DNA from: Nostoc sp. DedSLP01
GTDB taxonomy: Bacteria > Cyanobacteriota > Cyanobacteriia > Cyanobacteriales > Nostocaceae
Length of the DNA stretch: 64,000 nucleotides
Assembly (NCBI GenBank): GCA_034530875.2
Contig: JAVRCJ020000002.1
Location: 256,001-320,000 of the forward strand
Direction: 5' to 3'
Shown here: positions 1 through 11,336 of the stretch, in pieces
How the letters are laid out: each line of letters opens with the position of its first letter
Position numbering within the stretch: position 1 is the stretch's first letter
The notes under the pieces: model-generated
What the model was told of the DNA's origin: nothing
Database searches by the model: none
The model's input: only the letters and a program-made list of their open reading frames with translations
Program-made: the position numbers and the translations under genes

Positions 1-1149
1 CCTTCTTTTGCTCAAACTACTTTTTCTGATGTTTCATCTAATTATTGGGCAGCACCATTTATTCAAGAATTATCACAACGAGGTGTAATTGCCGGATTTC
101 CTGATGGTAGTTTCCGCCCTGAAGAAGCAGTAACACGCGCTCAATTTGCTGCTATGGTCAACAAAGCTTTCCAAAAAGCACAACAGCGATCGCCAATCAG
201 TTTTACTGACGTACCTAGCAACTATTGGGCAGCCAGTGCTATTGGGCAAGCTTATACCATTGGTTTCTTATCAGGATATCCCGGCAATCGCTTTGAGCCT
301 AACCAAGCTATTCCCCGCCAACAGGTTTTAGTTTCCCTCGCTAACGGTCTGGAATATAGTGCCAGTGGTAATATCGAAAGCACCCTGCAATACTTCAACG
401 ATGCTTCTAACATTGCTAGCTACGCCCGTAGTCCGATTGCAGCCGCAACTGAGAAGCAAATTGTAGTGAACTATCCAAATGTGAAGTTCCTGAATCCAAC
501 TGCAACCGCCACTCGCGCCCAAGTAGCAGCTTTTATTTATCAAGCACTGGTTAGTTCTAATCAAGCCTCAGCAATTAATTCGCCCTACATCGTAGCTCTT
601 GGGTCTAATACTCCAATACCTGTAGCTGTGACAATTCCTCAAGGGACTACTATCCCTGTGAAGTATGACAAAGCAGAAAAAATTCTGGTCACCAAGGACG
701 AAACAGCACCTTTGACACTGACAGTATCCCAAAACGTGGTTACGCAAGATGGATCTGTAGTCATTCCTGCTGGTAGTCAAGTTATCGGTCAACTTAAACC
801 TGCCACAGGCGGTTCTCAATTCGTTGCTGAAAAACTAGTTTTGACCTCAGGTCAAGAATATCAACTCAACGCTAGTTCTGAAGTGATTACCAAAACCGAA
901 AGCGTCAAAAAGGGTACTAGCGTCGGATCGATCGTTCAGAATACCGTGTTGGGCGCAGGAGCCGCCGCTGCGGTATCTGCTGTCACAGGCGATCGCGCTA
1001 TTGCCACAGAAGAAGTCTTGGGTGGTGCTGGCATTGGAGCGTTGATTGGTCTATTCTTCGGTCGCAATAGTGTTGACTTAATTGCAATTGACCCAGACAC
1101 CGATTTACAAATGACAGTCAATCAAAACTTGTTGGTTTCGCTGAGATAG
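1..1149 (+). CDS. S-layer homology (SLH) domain protein, 5'-truncated by the window edge
   Basis: Frame is open from base 1 (PSFAQTTFSDVSSNYWA...). Three SLH-like repeats (FPDGSFRP..TRAQFA; YPGNRFEP..RQQV; TRAQVAAF) and a glycine-zipper-like C-terminus. Confidence 0.9.
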   Translation, partial: PSFAQTTFSDVSSNYWAAPFIQELSQRGVIAGFPDGSFRPEEAVTRAQFAAMVNKAFQKAQQRSPISFTDVPSNYWAASAIGQAYTIGFLSGYPGNRFEPNQAIPRQQVLVSLANGLEYSASGNIESTLQYFNDASNIASYARSPIAAATEKQIVVNYPNVKFLNPTATATRAQVAAFIYQALVSSNQASAINSPYIVALGSNTPIPVAVTIPQGTTIPVKYDKAEKILVTKDETAPLTLTVSQNVVTQDGSVVIPAGSQVIGQLKPATGGSQFVAEKLVLTSGQEYQLNASSEVITKTESVKKGTSVGSIVQNTVLGAGAAAAVSAVTGDRAIATEEVLGGAGIGALIGLFFGRNSVDLIAIDPDTDLQMTVNQNLLVSLR

Positions 1150-1182
1150 TCATTAGTTATTAGTCATTAGTCATTAGTCATC
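1147..1182. repeat. STRR heptamer run (TAGTCAT)n
   Basis: Tandem tagtcat/tagttat units between convergent genes; typical Nostocales STRR. Confidence 0.85.
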
Positions 1183-1204
1183 AGTATTTACAAAGGACAA
1201 ATGA

Positions 1205-2551
1205 CTATTTCTCAACTTGGGGCAACCAAATAATAAATGTAGTTCCCGGTCTATTGGGTGAAGTTAATTTAGAATTAATTGCAGGGCTGAAAACTTCGAT
1301 TTCGCCCTGCATTTGCTCTATTAACTGTTTAGCGATCGCTAATCCCAAACCTGTACCGGGAATTTCTGTTTGCGCTTGTACGCCCCGGTAATGCCGTTCT
1401 CCAAGATGCTCTAAATCTTCGGGTGGAATGCCAGGGCCGTTGTCTGTGATGACTATTCCTTGAAAATTACCTTTTTGTTGCCCAGCCTGGATTAAAATTT
1501 TCCCGCCAGCAGGAGTGTATTTCAATGCATTATCGATGATGTTATTTAACACTTCTCGTAATGCCTTGATATTGGCACGTACTAAGGGTAAATTCTGCTT
1601 AAATTCAGTTATTAACTTTAACTTTCGCTCTTGTGCTATTGCTTTAGCTGATATTAATAATGGTTCCAATATATCTGCTAGCGAGCATTCAACTGCTTTA
1701 TCTCCGCTTCCCGGCAATAATAGAGGCGGTTTCGCATCTTTTTCCACGGTTGCTTCTACAAATACTTCATTAGGTAGATGCAATGGCGCTAAATCTGCCT
1801 CTGTTAAATCGATTACTTGCTCAAATTGTTGCAGTAATTCTTGAAGGCGATCGCTTTCTCGCACGATACTATTTGCCACATCCCGATTAGCGTCTGCCGG
1901 TCTCAATCGCTTTAACAAAAGTTTACCAAAAGTCCGTAATGCTGTTAATGGATTACGAAACTGATGCAACAGGTTATCTAACAAATCCTGTTGTTTTTCT
2001 TGGAGAATTTGTTGTTCGTGTAACTGGTGCTGTAACCATGCTCGTCGCTGATCTAAGATACAAGCGATCGCCAATGTTTGGGCTACGTGTTGAATTTGGC
2101 TTTGCTCGTGTTCGTTCCATTCGCGGTCTTTCCTACCAGTCACCAGTAAACCCATCATCACACCCTCGTACACTAGAGGTAAAACGATTTGGTTACCGCT
2201 TAGTAAATATTCCTCTTGTAAATGAGGTTGAGATGTACCAGGCATCCCAGAATCCGATGAAGAGGTTGGAGATTCCGAGCCTGAGGTTAATAACTTTTGC
2301 TGGCGATCGGGCAATACCAATAAATTACCAACTTGAAGCTGCTTAGGTATTGTGGCAGCATCCTCTGCTGGGGGTAATAATGCTGTTTCTGGGTAAACCA
2401 TCACAGGAATCAGTTTTGCCTCACCAGAAGGAGTTTCTACTAATTCTTGTGTTAGGTACACAATACTTAGAGTTGCTCCCAGCCCTTGGGCCAGCAGTGC
2501 TATTTGCTCTCGGCACAGAGCAAGAAAATCAGAACTGGCAGACATTAACAT
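1205..2551 (-). CDS. hik2: GAF-domain sensor histidine kinase, Hik2/chloroplast sensor kinase type
   Basis: N-terminal SSDFLALCREQ, GAF region, H-box LHQFRNPLTALRTFGKLL, N box NIIDNALKYT, DNGPGI, GTGLGL. Confidence 0.8.
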   Translation of the reverse strand: MLMSASSDFLALCREQIALLAQGLGATLSIVYLTQELVETPSGEAKLIPVMVYPETALLPPAEDAATIPKQLQVGNLLVLPDRQQKLLTSGSESPTSSSDSGMPGTSQPHLQEEYLLSGNQIVLPLVYEGVMMGLLVTGRKDREWNEHEQSQIQHVAQTLAIACILDQRRAWLQHQLHEQQILQEKQQDLLDNLLHQFRNPLTALRTFGKLLLKRLRPADANRDVANSIVRESDRLQELLQQFEQVIDLTEADLAPLHLPNEVFVEATVEKDAKPPLLLPGSGDKAVECSLADILEPLLISAKAIAQERKLKLITEFKQNLPLVRANIKALREVLNNIIDNALKYTPAGGKILIQAGQQKGNFQGIVITDNGPGIPPEDLEHLGERHYRGVQAQTEIPGTGLGLAIAKQLIEQMQGEIEVFSPAINSKLTSPNRPGTTFIIWLPQVEK

Positions 2552-2837
2552 TTTTTACTCTTGCTCAATATTACGGATTTTGAGGCATCATTAAGGGAGG
2601 ATTGTTAGTTTTTACCTCATTCTTTTAATACAGCTTAACTAAAATCTTCTAAGTAGTGTTTTCTACCTAGAGATTATATTTTTAGCAAGTTTCGTTTTAT
2701 ATATACTTCTAAAGATATTAATTTTATTGCATCAAAAGTTAAAAAACTATTGATTTTTAGATTTAGAACTTTTATAATTACGACGGATTTTGTAGCTATC
2801 ACTACAATCTGTAAGCTTGAAAGAGGAGGACAATAGG

Positions 2838-3155
2838 TTGGCAAGGAGACGCAAAAGAAAAAGTCGTCGTCGTCAAGAAGGACGGCGGATTCTGGAACAT
2901 GTGCCTCAATATAGCATCGAAAGTGGCGAAGAAAAACCTGTGACAGCAGCCAGAAGGTTCATTCAAGCTGAAGGTATCTTGCCACCGGCGTTGCTACTCG
3001 TAAAGCGAAACGAACACACTACAGACCGTTATTTCTGGGCAGAAAAGGGACTGTTTGGTGCTCAATACGTAGAAGAAAACCATTTCTTGTTTCCCAGCCT
3101 GAGGACTCTAGAAGCTCCTACAGGTCAAGAAGCCCTTGCTTTAGCTACTCGTTGA
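2838..3155 (+). CDS. DUF3155 family conserved cyanobacterial protein
   Basis: MARRRKRKSRRRQEGRRIL...RYFWAEKGLFGAQY. TTG start at 2838 preceded by GAGGAGGA. Confidence 0.8.
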   Translation: MARRRKRKSRRRQEGRRILEHVPQYSIESGEEKPVTAARRFIQAEGILPPALLLVKRNEHTTDRYFWAEKGLFGAQYVEENHFLFPSLRTLEAPTGQEALALATR

Positions 3156-3602
3156 TAAATGGCTCATCTCAGACATTGAATGTGGCTCCTGACTATAAAT
3201 TAACTGGCAAAATTGCTAAGTTTACGCAAAATTTAATTTTTTTTTAGTTTGTAGGTGATTTGCCAGTAACCCTAGTCCAGGTAATCGGAAAGTCAACTGG
3301 TCTTCAACCATGCTAAATTGCAAGGCTTGGTACTAGTTTTGGATGATGTACGAGCAGTGGATACAGAGCCAAGCGCCTCTAAAAGCGCTAGTGAAGTTGC
3401 GCTCTTATCCACATGATTGTTTAACAAAGCTCTGTCAACAAATTTAAGTTAATGAATTTAAATTTTTTCCCATAACTTTTGTTGTGGGATAACTGACAAA
3501 GCGGCAGTCTTGATTTCCTGCTTACTGGTTTCCATTACCTTAATAGGTCAGGTCAGAAATCTGCATATCATAAAGTTAAGGGATAGCGATATAAACCAAC
3601 TA

Positions 3603-4133
3603 TTACTCACCAGCCTTTAACTGTAGAGTCCTCCGTAACTCAGTGAGTTCGTCTCGATGGGCAACTACAGTGATATTGCTTGAGGGGGTTTGTTTGCTCT
3701 GAGTTGTTTCTACCTTGAGCAACACCTTCTCAAGTCTTCCAGATTTTTTCCAATAAAATAGACCACTCAAAGGCGACAGCAGTACCAAAGCAAAAGTAAA
3801 GCTACTGAAGCTAGGAAAAAGTAAGGACAGCACCAGTGATAGGCAAACAAGACCGCTAGCTGCCAGTAGAGTGAGAAATATAGCTAGGAACCAGCTGGGG
3901 CGAACATAACCTGCAAAAGTGACTTGGTTTTGTTCTCGGTCTACCGCTGCCACTCGGTAAGACCGCGATTGGAAATACTCTTTTAATTGAGACATCAAAC
4001 CAGCTTCGTCTTGTTCGGATACCAAGTGCGCTATTTCTGTCCGGTCTTTAGTAGAAGCACGAATAAAGAAAAACAGCCCAACCGATAACAGCAAGGTTAG
4101 CAGCAACGTAGATGGCAGAATAGGAGTATCCAT
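3603..4133 (-). CDS. ccb1: Cofactor assembly of complex C subunit B (CCB1, DUF3529), cytochrome b6 heme ci assembly
   Basis: LLLTLLLSVGLFFFIRASTKDR, three TM segments, C-terminal AHRDEL; lies next to pex. Confidence 0.8.
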   Translation of the reverse strand: MDTPILPSTLLLTLLLSVGLFFFIRASTKDRTEIAHLVSEQDEAGLMSQLKEYFQSRSYRVAAVDREQNQVTFAGYVRPSWFLAIFLTLLAASGLVCLSLVLSLLFPSFSSFTFALVLLSPLSGLFYWKKSGRLEKVLLKVETTQSKQTPSSNITVVAHRDELTELRRTLQLKAGE

Positions 4134-4186
4134 AACTAATTGTTATTCTTCGCTGGAGGAGACTTATTCATTATCAATTATTCGTG

Positions 4187-4534
4187 TTACTTTGTTCGCT
4201 GGTTAATGTAGTCTTGCCAAAGAGAAGCTAAATCCTGCGCTGGCCCTTGCCATTCTGGAGAAACTTGGTACATTCGCCTTGGGCGTCCTCGTCCATCGAG
4301 CTTTTTCCAATATCCATTAATTGCCCTTTCGTCTTCCAGAAACTTAATTGCACTATAAAGTACAGTATCCGAAAGCCTATAAGTGGGATATTCAGTTTCT
4401 AATCTTTGGATTAACTCAGTTCCGTAGGATTCACCTTCTAACAAAATAGACAGTATGTAACAAACTGCTAATTCCTGACAAAGGTAAGTTGGCGGAGGAT
4501 TTTCAAAGAATTGATATATATCCTCAAGTTTCAT
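4187..4534 (-). CDS. pex: PadR-family regulator, period extender Pex
   Basis: ESYGTELI, LSDTVLYSA, GRGRPRRMY motifs. Confidence 0.85.
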   Translation of the reverse strand: MKLEDIYQFFENPPPTYLCQELAVCYILSILLEGESYGTELIQRLETEYPTYRLSDTVLYSAIKFLEDERAINGYWKKLDGRGRPRRMYQVSPEWQGPAQDLASLWQDYINQRTK

Positions 4535-5265
4535 GGTTAGTGAATGGCTAAAAAAATGCCTTATGGTAAGGTCTACAATCCTCGTAGCCAGTATATAGCG
4601 CTACTCTTAAATGAGTAATATCTATAAAGCTACTTAAGCTATATTTCCAAAGCAAAAACACCAAATGATGACCCACTACTGTGAAAGTTGTGGGACTAGT
4701 TTATGAGTTTTAAGTTACAGGAGAGCCTATTCCCGCCTAAACTAAATCAGGTATGGTGAGGAGGGAATAAACAGTGCTTAGATCGCTGTTTTGGTGTTAA
4801 GCGATGCTGAGTTGGTTAGAACTGCTTAAGCAATAAGATGCCATCGAAAAAATTTTACAGTTAAAATGCAATTTTGTCTGTAGAACTTAATAAACACTTT
4901 GTTTTAGAGTGAATTTTCCAGTGCAAATTTTAAATATTTAAGTTAAATAATATGTCTAAATTCAAACTGTTAAGCCTGTGCACACACCTGGGCAGTAATT
5001 ATTGCTGATTTTTTACACTTGAGATCCTGCGGTGCTATCTGGTAAATGTGATAGTAAATTTATCAAAAACAGCCAAAGGAGAGGGAAAGAAAACAAACAC
5101 ACGAGTAAATCCTCTTAGTGAGGAGTAGGGTATAGATAGACAAGGCGACAAGGAGAATAACTCATGTACAGACAAGAGTTAATCGCGTCTCTAACTAACT
5201 CCTAACTCTTCATTCTTCACTTCTAACTCCTAACTCTTTACTCTCACTGAGCATGGTAATTCAGT

Positions 5266-5844
5266 ATGTCACAAACTCCAGATGCCCCATCATCTTCCTC
5301 TAACCTCCGGGCAATTGCCCAAACCTTTCGCCTTGCTGGTTGGATTAGCTTTTGGATTCAGCTAGTACTAGGCGTTATTTCTGCGATAATTGTGTTGCTA
5401 TTCGGCATCTTTAATCAAAGAGCGGGCAGTCCTAGTAATAACCCTGGGACTGGTTTTGGCGTATTTTTAGCAGTTTGTGGATTGGTTGTTTTGGGTGTGG
5501 GCATTTATTTGGCTTACCGTTACACCAGAATTGGCAGACAGTTGGAATCTTCTAATCCCAGCAACCGCCCTCGTAAAAGTGAGACTGTACAAGTATTACG
5601 CTTAGGATTGTGGGTAAATTTAGGGGGAACTTTGGTAACTCTTTTGGGAGCGCAGGCGATCGTTGGTACGCTGGTAGCAAGATCTATATCTCCCCAAGCG
5701 ATAACTACCCAATTTTTCGATCCTACCCGAATTATTAGCGGTTTAGATATGCTTGTTGTCCAAGCAAATACTAATACTGTATCAGCTCATTTTGCAGGGC
5801 TTGTGGCATCGCTTTGGTTACTCAATCGTATAAATAAGCCGTAG
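5266..5844 (+). CDS. DUF3611 family membrane protein (PIC1/Tic21-like)
   Basis: GWISFWIQLVLG, four TM segments, VVQANTNTVSAHF. Confidence 0.75.
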   Translation: MSQTPDAPSSSSNLRAIAQTFRLAGWISFWIQLVLGVISAIIVLLFGIFNQRAGSPSNNPGTGFGVFLAVCGLVVLGVGIYLAYRYTRIGRQLESSNPSNRPRKSETVQVLRLGLWVNLGGTLVTLLGAQAIVGTLVARSISPQAITTQFFDPTRIISGLDMLVVQANTNTVSAHFAGLVASLWLLNRINKP

Positions 5845-6440
5845 AAAAATAAATTTTAATGCAAACTTTTAGCTAAAAATCTATACTTCTTAAGGCTGAT
5901 TTTATTGTGTACTTTCCTCTCATTTTGGAAAGTCATATCGCAAATAATTTAAATGTCCTTGTCGTGCTTTTCCTAAATTTTCAAAGTACAGCGTGTAGAG
6001 TAACATCAGTTGCTTAAATTAACATCCACCGAAAAGCTGATATCAGAAAATTTTATCATGTGAAATTAACTGGATTGAAGGTTTTAATACTATGAATAAA
6101 CTAGAAATTTAGAAATCTGGTACACAAGTATTTTTTAGTACACTAATGATTGGATTGTGTAGTTATTTAATTTTTATCGATCGCCAAAATAACCAAAACT
6201 AATCACTCTACTGGAGTGGTTTATCGGGCGTACTTGCCCATTGGTTACCCTTACTTGCAAATACTCAGTACTCCACAAAGTCAGATGACTAACACTAAAC
6301 TTTGATTTTAAATTTTTCTAGCCCTAGCAAGATTGGCACAGCGAGATTTTTATGTTTGCTTTTCTGGTCACAGCAAGGCAAAATCAGTATATGCTGGGGT
6401 GTTGGCAGGAAGATAATAGGCTAAAAACTGAGAAAAATCT

Positions 6441-7721
6441 GTGCTGGATATCAAGCAAATACGGGAAAATCCCCAATTAGTTCAAGAACGATTGAACAGT
6501 CGTAGTGGTAAATACGACATTGAACCGATATTACAGTTAGACCGAAAACAACGGGAATTAGAGGGCACGCGCAGTCAACTCCAAGCCCGTAGTAACGAAA
6601 TTGGTAAAATTGTCGGTCAAAAGCTCAAATCTGGTATCGATGCTCAAGACCCAGAAATCCAAGCGTTGCGGGACGAAGGTAACACTATCAAAGCTAGATT
6701 GAGCGAACTCGAACCCCAGGAAAAAGACCTCAAAGCTGAAATTGCCCAGCTTGTTTTAGCACTTCCCAACTTACCAAGCGACTCTACACCCATTGGCAAG
6801 AGTGAGGAAGATAATGTAGAAGTGCGGCGTTGGGGTGATGAGTATATTCCCCAAAACCCGAATATTCTCCCTCATTGGGAAATCGCTGAAAAGCTAGGTA
6901 TTCTCAATGTTGAGCGAGCTGTCAAAGTTGCCCAAAGTCGCTTTGTGGCATTGATAGGCGCTGGCGCAGCACTGGAGAGGGCATTAATTCAATTTATGCT
7001 GAGTGTCCATACTCAAGCTGGCTATGTGGAAGTTAGCCCACCGCTATTGGTGAATACTGACTCTTTGACGGCGACCGGTCAGTTACCTAAGTTTGCTGAA
7101 GAAAGTTTTAAATGCGCTGATGATGACTTGTGGCTGATTCCCACAGCAGAAGTTCCAGTTACTAACCTCTATCGGGGCGAAATTCTGACTGCGGAAGATT
7201 TACCTATATACCACTGTGCTTATACTCCCTGTTTTCGCCGAGAGGCTGGGAGTTATGGGCGCGATATGCGGGGTTTAATTCGCCTGCATCAATTCAATAA
7301 AGTGGAACTGGTGAAATTTGTCGAACCCAGCAGTTCTTTTGACGAACTAGAAAAATTAGTGGGGAGTGCAGAAGCAATTTTACAAGCTTTGCAGTTGCCT
7401 TATCGAGTCGTAAATCTCAGTACGGGGGATTTGGGATTTGGTTCTGCCAAAACTTACGATTTAGAGGTTTGGTTGCCTTCTTCTGGCAAATACCGCGAAA
7501 TTTCCAGCTGTTCTAATACTAGGGATTTTCAGGCGCGACGGGCTGATATTCGTTTCAAAGAAGCAGGGAAGAAAGGCACTCAGTTTGTGCATACTCTCAA
7601 CGGTTCCGGCTTGGCTGTGGGACGAACAATGGCAGCAATTTTGGAGAATTATCAACAACCCGACGGGACAGTAAAGATACCAGAGGCGCTGCAACCATAC
7701 TTGGGGCGGGAAGTACTGTAA
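6441..7721 (+). CDS. serS: Serine--tRNA ligase
   Basis: [10 protein letters not shown] coiled arm, [36 protein letters not shown]. Confidence 0.98.
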   Translation: MLDIKQIRENPQLVQERLNSRSGKYDIEPILQLDRKQRELEGTRSQLQARSNEIGKIVGQKLKSGIDAQDPEIQALRDEGNTIKARLSELEPQEKDLKAEIAQLVLALPNLPSDSTPIGKSEEDNVEVRRWGDEYIPQNPNILPHWEIAEKLGILNVERAVKVAQSRFVALIGAGAALERALIQFMLSVHTQAGYVEVSPPLLVNTDSLTATGQLPKFAEESFKCADDDLWLIPTAEVPVTNLYRGEILTAEDLPIYHCAYTPCFRREAGSYGRDMRGLIRLHQFNKVELVKFVEPSSSFDELEKLVGSAEAILQALQLPYRVVNLSTGDLGFGSAKTYDLEVWLPSSGKYREISSCSNTRDFQARRADIRFKEAGKKGTQFVHTLNGSGLAVGRTMAAILENYQQPDGTVKIPEALQPYLGREVL

Positions 7722-7930
7722 TTAGTCATTGGTCATTGGTCATTAATCAAAACTCTTCGGCTAGGGAAAAGGGGAAAGGTTAAAGGGAAAAGGAGGGATC
7801 TTCCCTTTGCCCCTTGCCCTTTCACATTGTCCCCTGTGCCCCTCTACCTCTTACGCCCCATGCCCAATGCCCAATGCCCAATTAGAATGGGAATAAGTAT
7901 ATAGCTTAAATATCTTCACTAATTTGCTCT

Positions 7931-9031
7931 ATGTCAGTTTTAGCAGCGATCGCAGTCTTGGCTGTTCTGATCTTGGTACACGAGTTGGGACATTTTGTTG
8001 CAGCGCGTTCTCAAGGTATTCTCGTTAACCGTTTTTCTTTGGGTTTTGGCCCGGTTCTTTTTAAGTATCAAGGTTCGCAAACCGAATATGCTGTCCGTGC
8101 TTTTCCCTTGGGCGGCTTTGTGGGCTTCCCGGATGATGACCCCGATAGCGATGTTCCACCCAATGACCCAAATCTGCTGCGTAACCGTCCAATTTTAGAC
8201 CGGGCGATCGTCATCAGTGCCGGAGTGATAGCAAATTTAATATTTGCTTACTTAGTACTGGCTCTGCAATTGGGTATTGTAGGTATTCCAGAGAAATTAA
8301 ACTATAAACCAGGTGTCATCGTACAGCCTGTTAATCAAGAATCCATTGCCTACCAAGCAGGAGTTAGGGAAGGAGATATTATTCTGGCTGTTAACGGTCA
8401 GGAACTTCCTGCTTCTGAAAAATCAACCACTTTGCTGACAAAAGAAATTCAAACTCATCCAAATCAGCAAATCGAACTGAAAATTCAGAGTGAAAATCAA
8501 CAACAATTTGTAAAATTAACACCAAAACTGGCAGCCGATGGCAAAGGTGTAGTAGGTGTGGCACTGAGTCCCAATGCTACAGCAGTTTATCGCCGTCCTA
8601 ATAGTCCTTTTGAAATTTTCGGCATTGCTGCTAACAGGTTTCAACAATTATTTGTGGGAACACTCAGCGGTTTTGGTCAGTTAATTACTAATTTTCAACA
8701 AACTGTAGGACAAGTTTCTGGCCCAGTTAATATAGTCAAAATAGGCGCACAATTAGCTGCCGACAATAGCACAAATTTGTTGTCTTTTGCGGCAATTATC
8801 AGCATTAACTTGGCGATTATTAACATTTTACCATTACCTGCTTTGGATGGCGGACAACTCGCTTTTCTGCTAATTGAAGGTCTGCGCGGTAGACCTGTAC
8901 CTGCTCGGATTCAAGAAGGTGTAATGCAAACTGGTTTGGTGCTACTCTTAGGACTAGGTATTTTTCTAATAGTTAAAGAAACTACTCAATTAACTAGTCA
9001 ATTAGAGTGGGTACAAAAGTTATTCCAGTGA
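7931..9031 (+). CDS. rseP: RIP metalloprotease RseP (M50, PDZ)
   Basis: HELGH, PDZ region, NILPLPALDGG. Confidence 0.95.
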   Translation: MSVLAAIAVLAVLILVHELGHFVAARSQGILVNRFSLGFGPVLFKYQGSQTEYAVRAFPLGGFVGFPDDDPDSDVPPNDPNLLRNRPILDRAIVISAGVIANLIFAYLVLALQLGIVGIPEKLNYKPGVIVQPVNQESIAYQAGVREGDIILAVNGQELPASEKSTTLLTKEIQTHPNQQIELKIQSENQQQFVKLTPKLAADGKGVVGVALSPNATAVYRRPNSPFEIFGIAANRFQQLFVGTLSGFGQLITNFQQTVGQVSGPVNIVKIGAQLAADNSTNLLSFAAIISINLAIINILPLPALDGGQLAFLLIEGLRGRPVPARIQEGVMQTGLVLLLGLGIFLIVKETTQLTSQLEWVQKLFQ

Positions 9032-9065
9032 GCATCGCTTGAAATTAGGGAGTAGGAAATAAACA

Positions 9066-9737
9066 GTGGCGAGTAGGGAAAAGAAAGTTTTATCTCTAAA
9101 GCAAAGGGCGGTAGAAATTCTCTCTCGCCTGAAGCGTCTTTATCCAGATGCTACTTGCTCTTTGAACTACTCAACACCAGTACAATTGTTGGTGGCAACT
9201 ATTCTGTCGGCTCAGTGTACTGATGAGCGAGTCAATAAGGTAACGCCAGCATTATTTAGTCAGTTTCCTGATGCAGAAAGTTTAGCGATCGCCGACTTAC
9301 TAGAATTAGAAAACTTGGTGCGTTCCACAGGATTTTATCGCAATAAAGCCAAGAACATTCAAGGTGCTTGTCGGATGATTGTCAGCGAGTTTAATTCTGT
9401 TGTCCCCAACCAAATGGAACAATTACTAAAGCTTCCAGGTGTGGCACGCAAGACAGCAAATGTAGTCCTCGCTCATGCTTATGGCATTAATGCTGGTGTG
9501 ACGGTAGATACTCACGTTAGCCGCCTGAGTCAACGTTTGGGTTTGACTGAACATACAGACCCCATCAAGATTGAAAAAGATTTAATGCTGTTATTGCCGC
9601 AACGAGATTGGGAAAATTGGTCAATTCGGCTGATTTATCACGGCCGTGCTATTTGTAAAGCTCGTTCTCCCGTCTGCGTTGCTTGCAAACTTGCTGATTT
9701 ATGTCCTGCTGCAAATAAGCCAGCAGTTGTAGGTTAG
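9066..9737 (+). CDS. nth: Endonuclease III
   Basis: LSAQCTD, HhH motif LPGVARKTAN, VDTHV, C-x6-C-x2-C-x5-C Fe-S motif. Confidence 0.96.
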   Translation: MASREKKVLSLKQRAVEILSRLKRLYPDATCSLNYSTPVQLLVATILSAQCTDERVNKVTPALFSQFPDAESLAIADLLELENLVRSTGFYRNKAKNIQGACRMIVSEFNSVVPNQMEQLLKLPGVARKTANVVLAHAYGINAGVTVDTHVSRLSQRLGLTEHTDPIKIEKDLMLLLPQRDWENWSIRLIYHGRAICKARSPVCVACKLADLCPAANKPAVVG

Positions 9738-9925
9738 TCTTGACTCAAAAGAGTATATGGAGATGGGGAGATGGGGAAAAATCCTCTTCCTTGTCGCCGT
9801 TACCGCATAATCTTGCGTGTTTAGGAATTTCAATTTTACAGGCTAGTAGAGAACACAAGTAGCCTAGAATTGAAAAGAAGACTGTAGAATGGAAAATGCT
9901 GTCTTAAATTAACTTAAGAGAATAT

Positions 9926-10228
9926 ATGGCAAAAAAGAGCATGATTGAGCGCGAGAAAAAACGCGCCAGATTGGTAGAAAAATATGCCCAAAAGCGGGAA
10001 GCTCTTTTAGAAGAGTTCAAAAGCGCGGAATCTCCCCTTGATAAGCTAGAAATCCATCGGCAAATTCAACAGCTACCTCGCAACAGTGCGCCCAGCCGCC
10101 GCCGTAACCGCTGCTGGTTGACTGGTCGTCCTAGAGGTGTTTACCGCGATTTTGGACTATCTCGGAATGTGCTGCGGGAATGGGCGCATGAAGGTCTTTT
10201 ACCTGGAGTAGTTAAGTCTAGTTGGTAG
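9926..10228 (+). CDS. rpsN: 30S ribosomal protein S14 (long, zinc-independent form)
   Basis: [10 protein letters not shown]...[12 protein letters not shown]...LPGVVKSSW. Confidence 0.98.
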   Translation: MAKKSMIEREKKRARLVEKYAQKREALLEEFKSAESPLDKLEIHRQIQQLPRNSAPSRRRNRCWLTGRPRGVYRDFGLSRNVLREWAHEGLLPGVVKSSW

Positions 10229-10296
10229 TCATTGGTCATTAGTCATTGGTCATTAGTCATTGGTAGATGCAAAGGACAAAGGACGAATGACAAAAA

Positions 10297-10626
10297 TTAT
10301 TGACCGCAACACTTATCAATTCCTAGACTTTCTAAGAGTAGATCGCTAACGGCGTTGGCGATCGCAAACTCTCCATAAAAGCTATTGGAAAAATCATACG
10401 ACTGCATCTCTGTGACAATGGCAATTACCAGAGAACCGAGGTCGTTTTCTCCTTCCATTCGTTGACGCACAAAAATTTGTGCGGCTCTTTGAGCAATTTT
10501 TTGGTTAACTGCTTCTGGGATAAATTCTGTATCCAGCCACTGCAGTAGACGTTCTCGCAACCATTCACCTTCGAGTTGCGGATTTTCAGGGCGTGGTAGA
10601 GTAATGGGTGGAATTGGTTCAGTCAT
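10297..10626 (-). CDS. Conserved hypothetical protein
   Basis: Clean ORF (MTEPIPP...WLDTEF...FAIANAVSDLL); ATG at 10626 chosen as start. Confidence 0.7.
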   Translation of the reverse strand: MTEPIPPITLPRPENPQLEGEWLRERLLQWLDTEFIPEAVNQKIAQRAAQIFVRQRMEGENDLGSLVIAIVTEMQSYDFSNSFYGEFAIANAVSDLLLESLGIDKCCGQ

Positions 10627-10722
10627 TTTTTTTAAACGCAAAGGAACGCTAAGGAAATCGCAGAGGAACGCAGAGAATGACTGCTAGTATCAAATTGCGT
10701 TCCGTTTGTATTTTTTATACTT

Positions 10723-11298
10723 ATGCAATATGATATCGCTGCTATTGTTCAAGGTTATGCTCAAGGCTATTTTCTCATGGCCGATGATAGCGATCGCCTG
10801 AATTGGTACGCAAGTCGCGATCGGACTTTTATTCCCTTGGATGAGAGGTTTCGCTACCCCAAGTCTTTACAGCGCGTCCTCAATCAAGAACGCTTTAGTG
10901 TGGCGATTAATCGAGATTTTCAAGCTGTGGTGGCTGGCTGCGCTAACCGCGAAGAAACTTGGATTTCACCAGAATTGCAAAAGATTTACTGGCTACTTTA
11001 CCAAAGTGGTTATGCTTATAGTTTTGAAACTTGGCAAGGTGACGAACTAGCTGGGGGAATTTTGGGAATTGTAATTGGTGGTGCTTTCATTGGTGAATCG
11101 ATGTTTTACCGCATTCCCGATGGTTCAAAAGTAGCAATGGTTAAGTTAGTAGAAAAATTGCGCCAGAGGAATTTTGTATTTTTTGATGGCCAAATGATGA
11201 ATCCGCATTTGGAAAGATTTGGTGCTTATCGCGTTGGAGATGAAGAATATCAAAGCTTACTCAACAAAGCATTACAGCATCGTTGTTACTTGGTATAA
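10723..11298 (+). CDS. aat: Leucyl/phenylalanyl-tRNA--protein transferase
   Basis: [38 protein letters not shown]. Confidence 0.93.
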   Translation: MQYDIAAIVQGYAQGYFLMADDSDRLNWYASRDRTFIPLDERFRYPKSLQRVLNQERFSVAINRDFQAVVAGCANREETWISPELQKIYWLLYQSGYAYSFETWQGDELAGGILGIVIGGAFIGESMFYRIPDGSKVAMVKLVEKLRQRNFVFFDGQMMNPHLERFGAYRVGDEEYQSLLNKALQHRCYLV

Positions 11299-11336
11299 AG
11301 AATGGCAAAAATATTAATATTCAAGAACTGTTTTGA

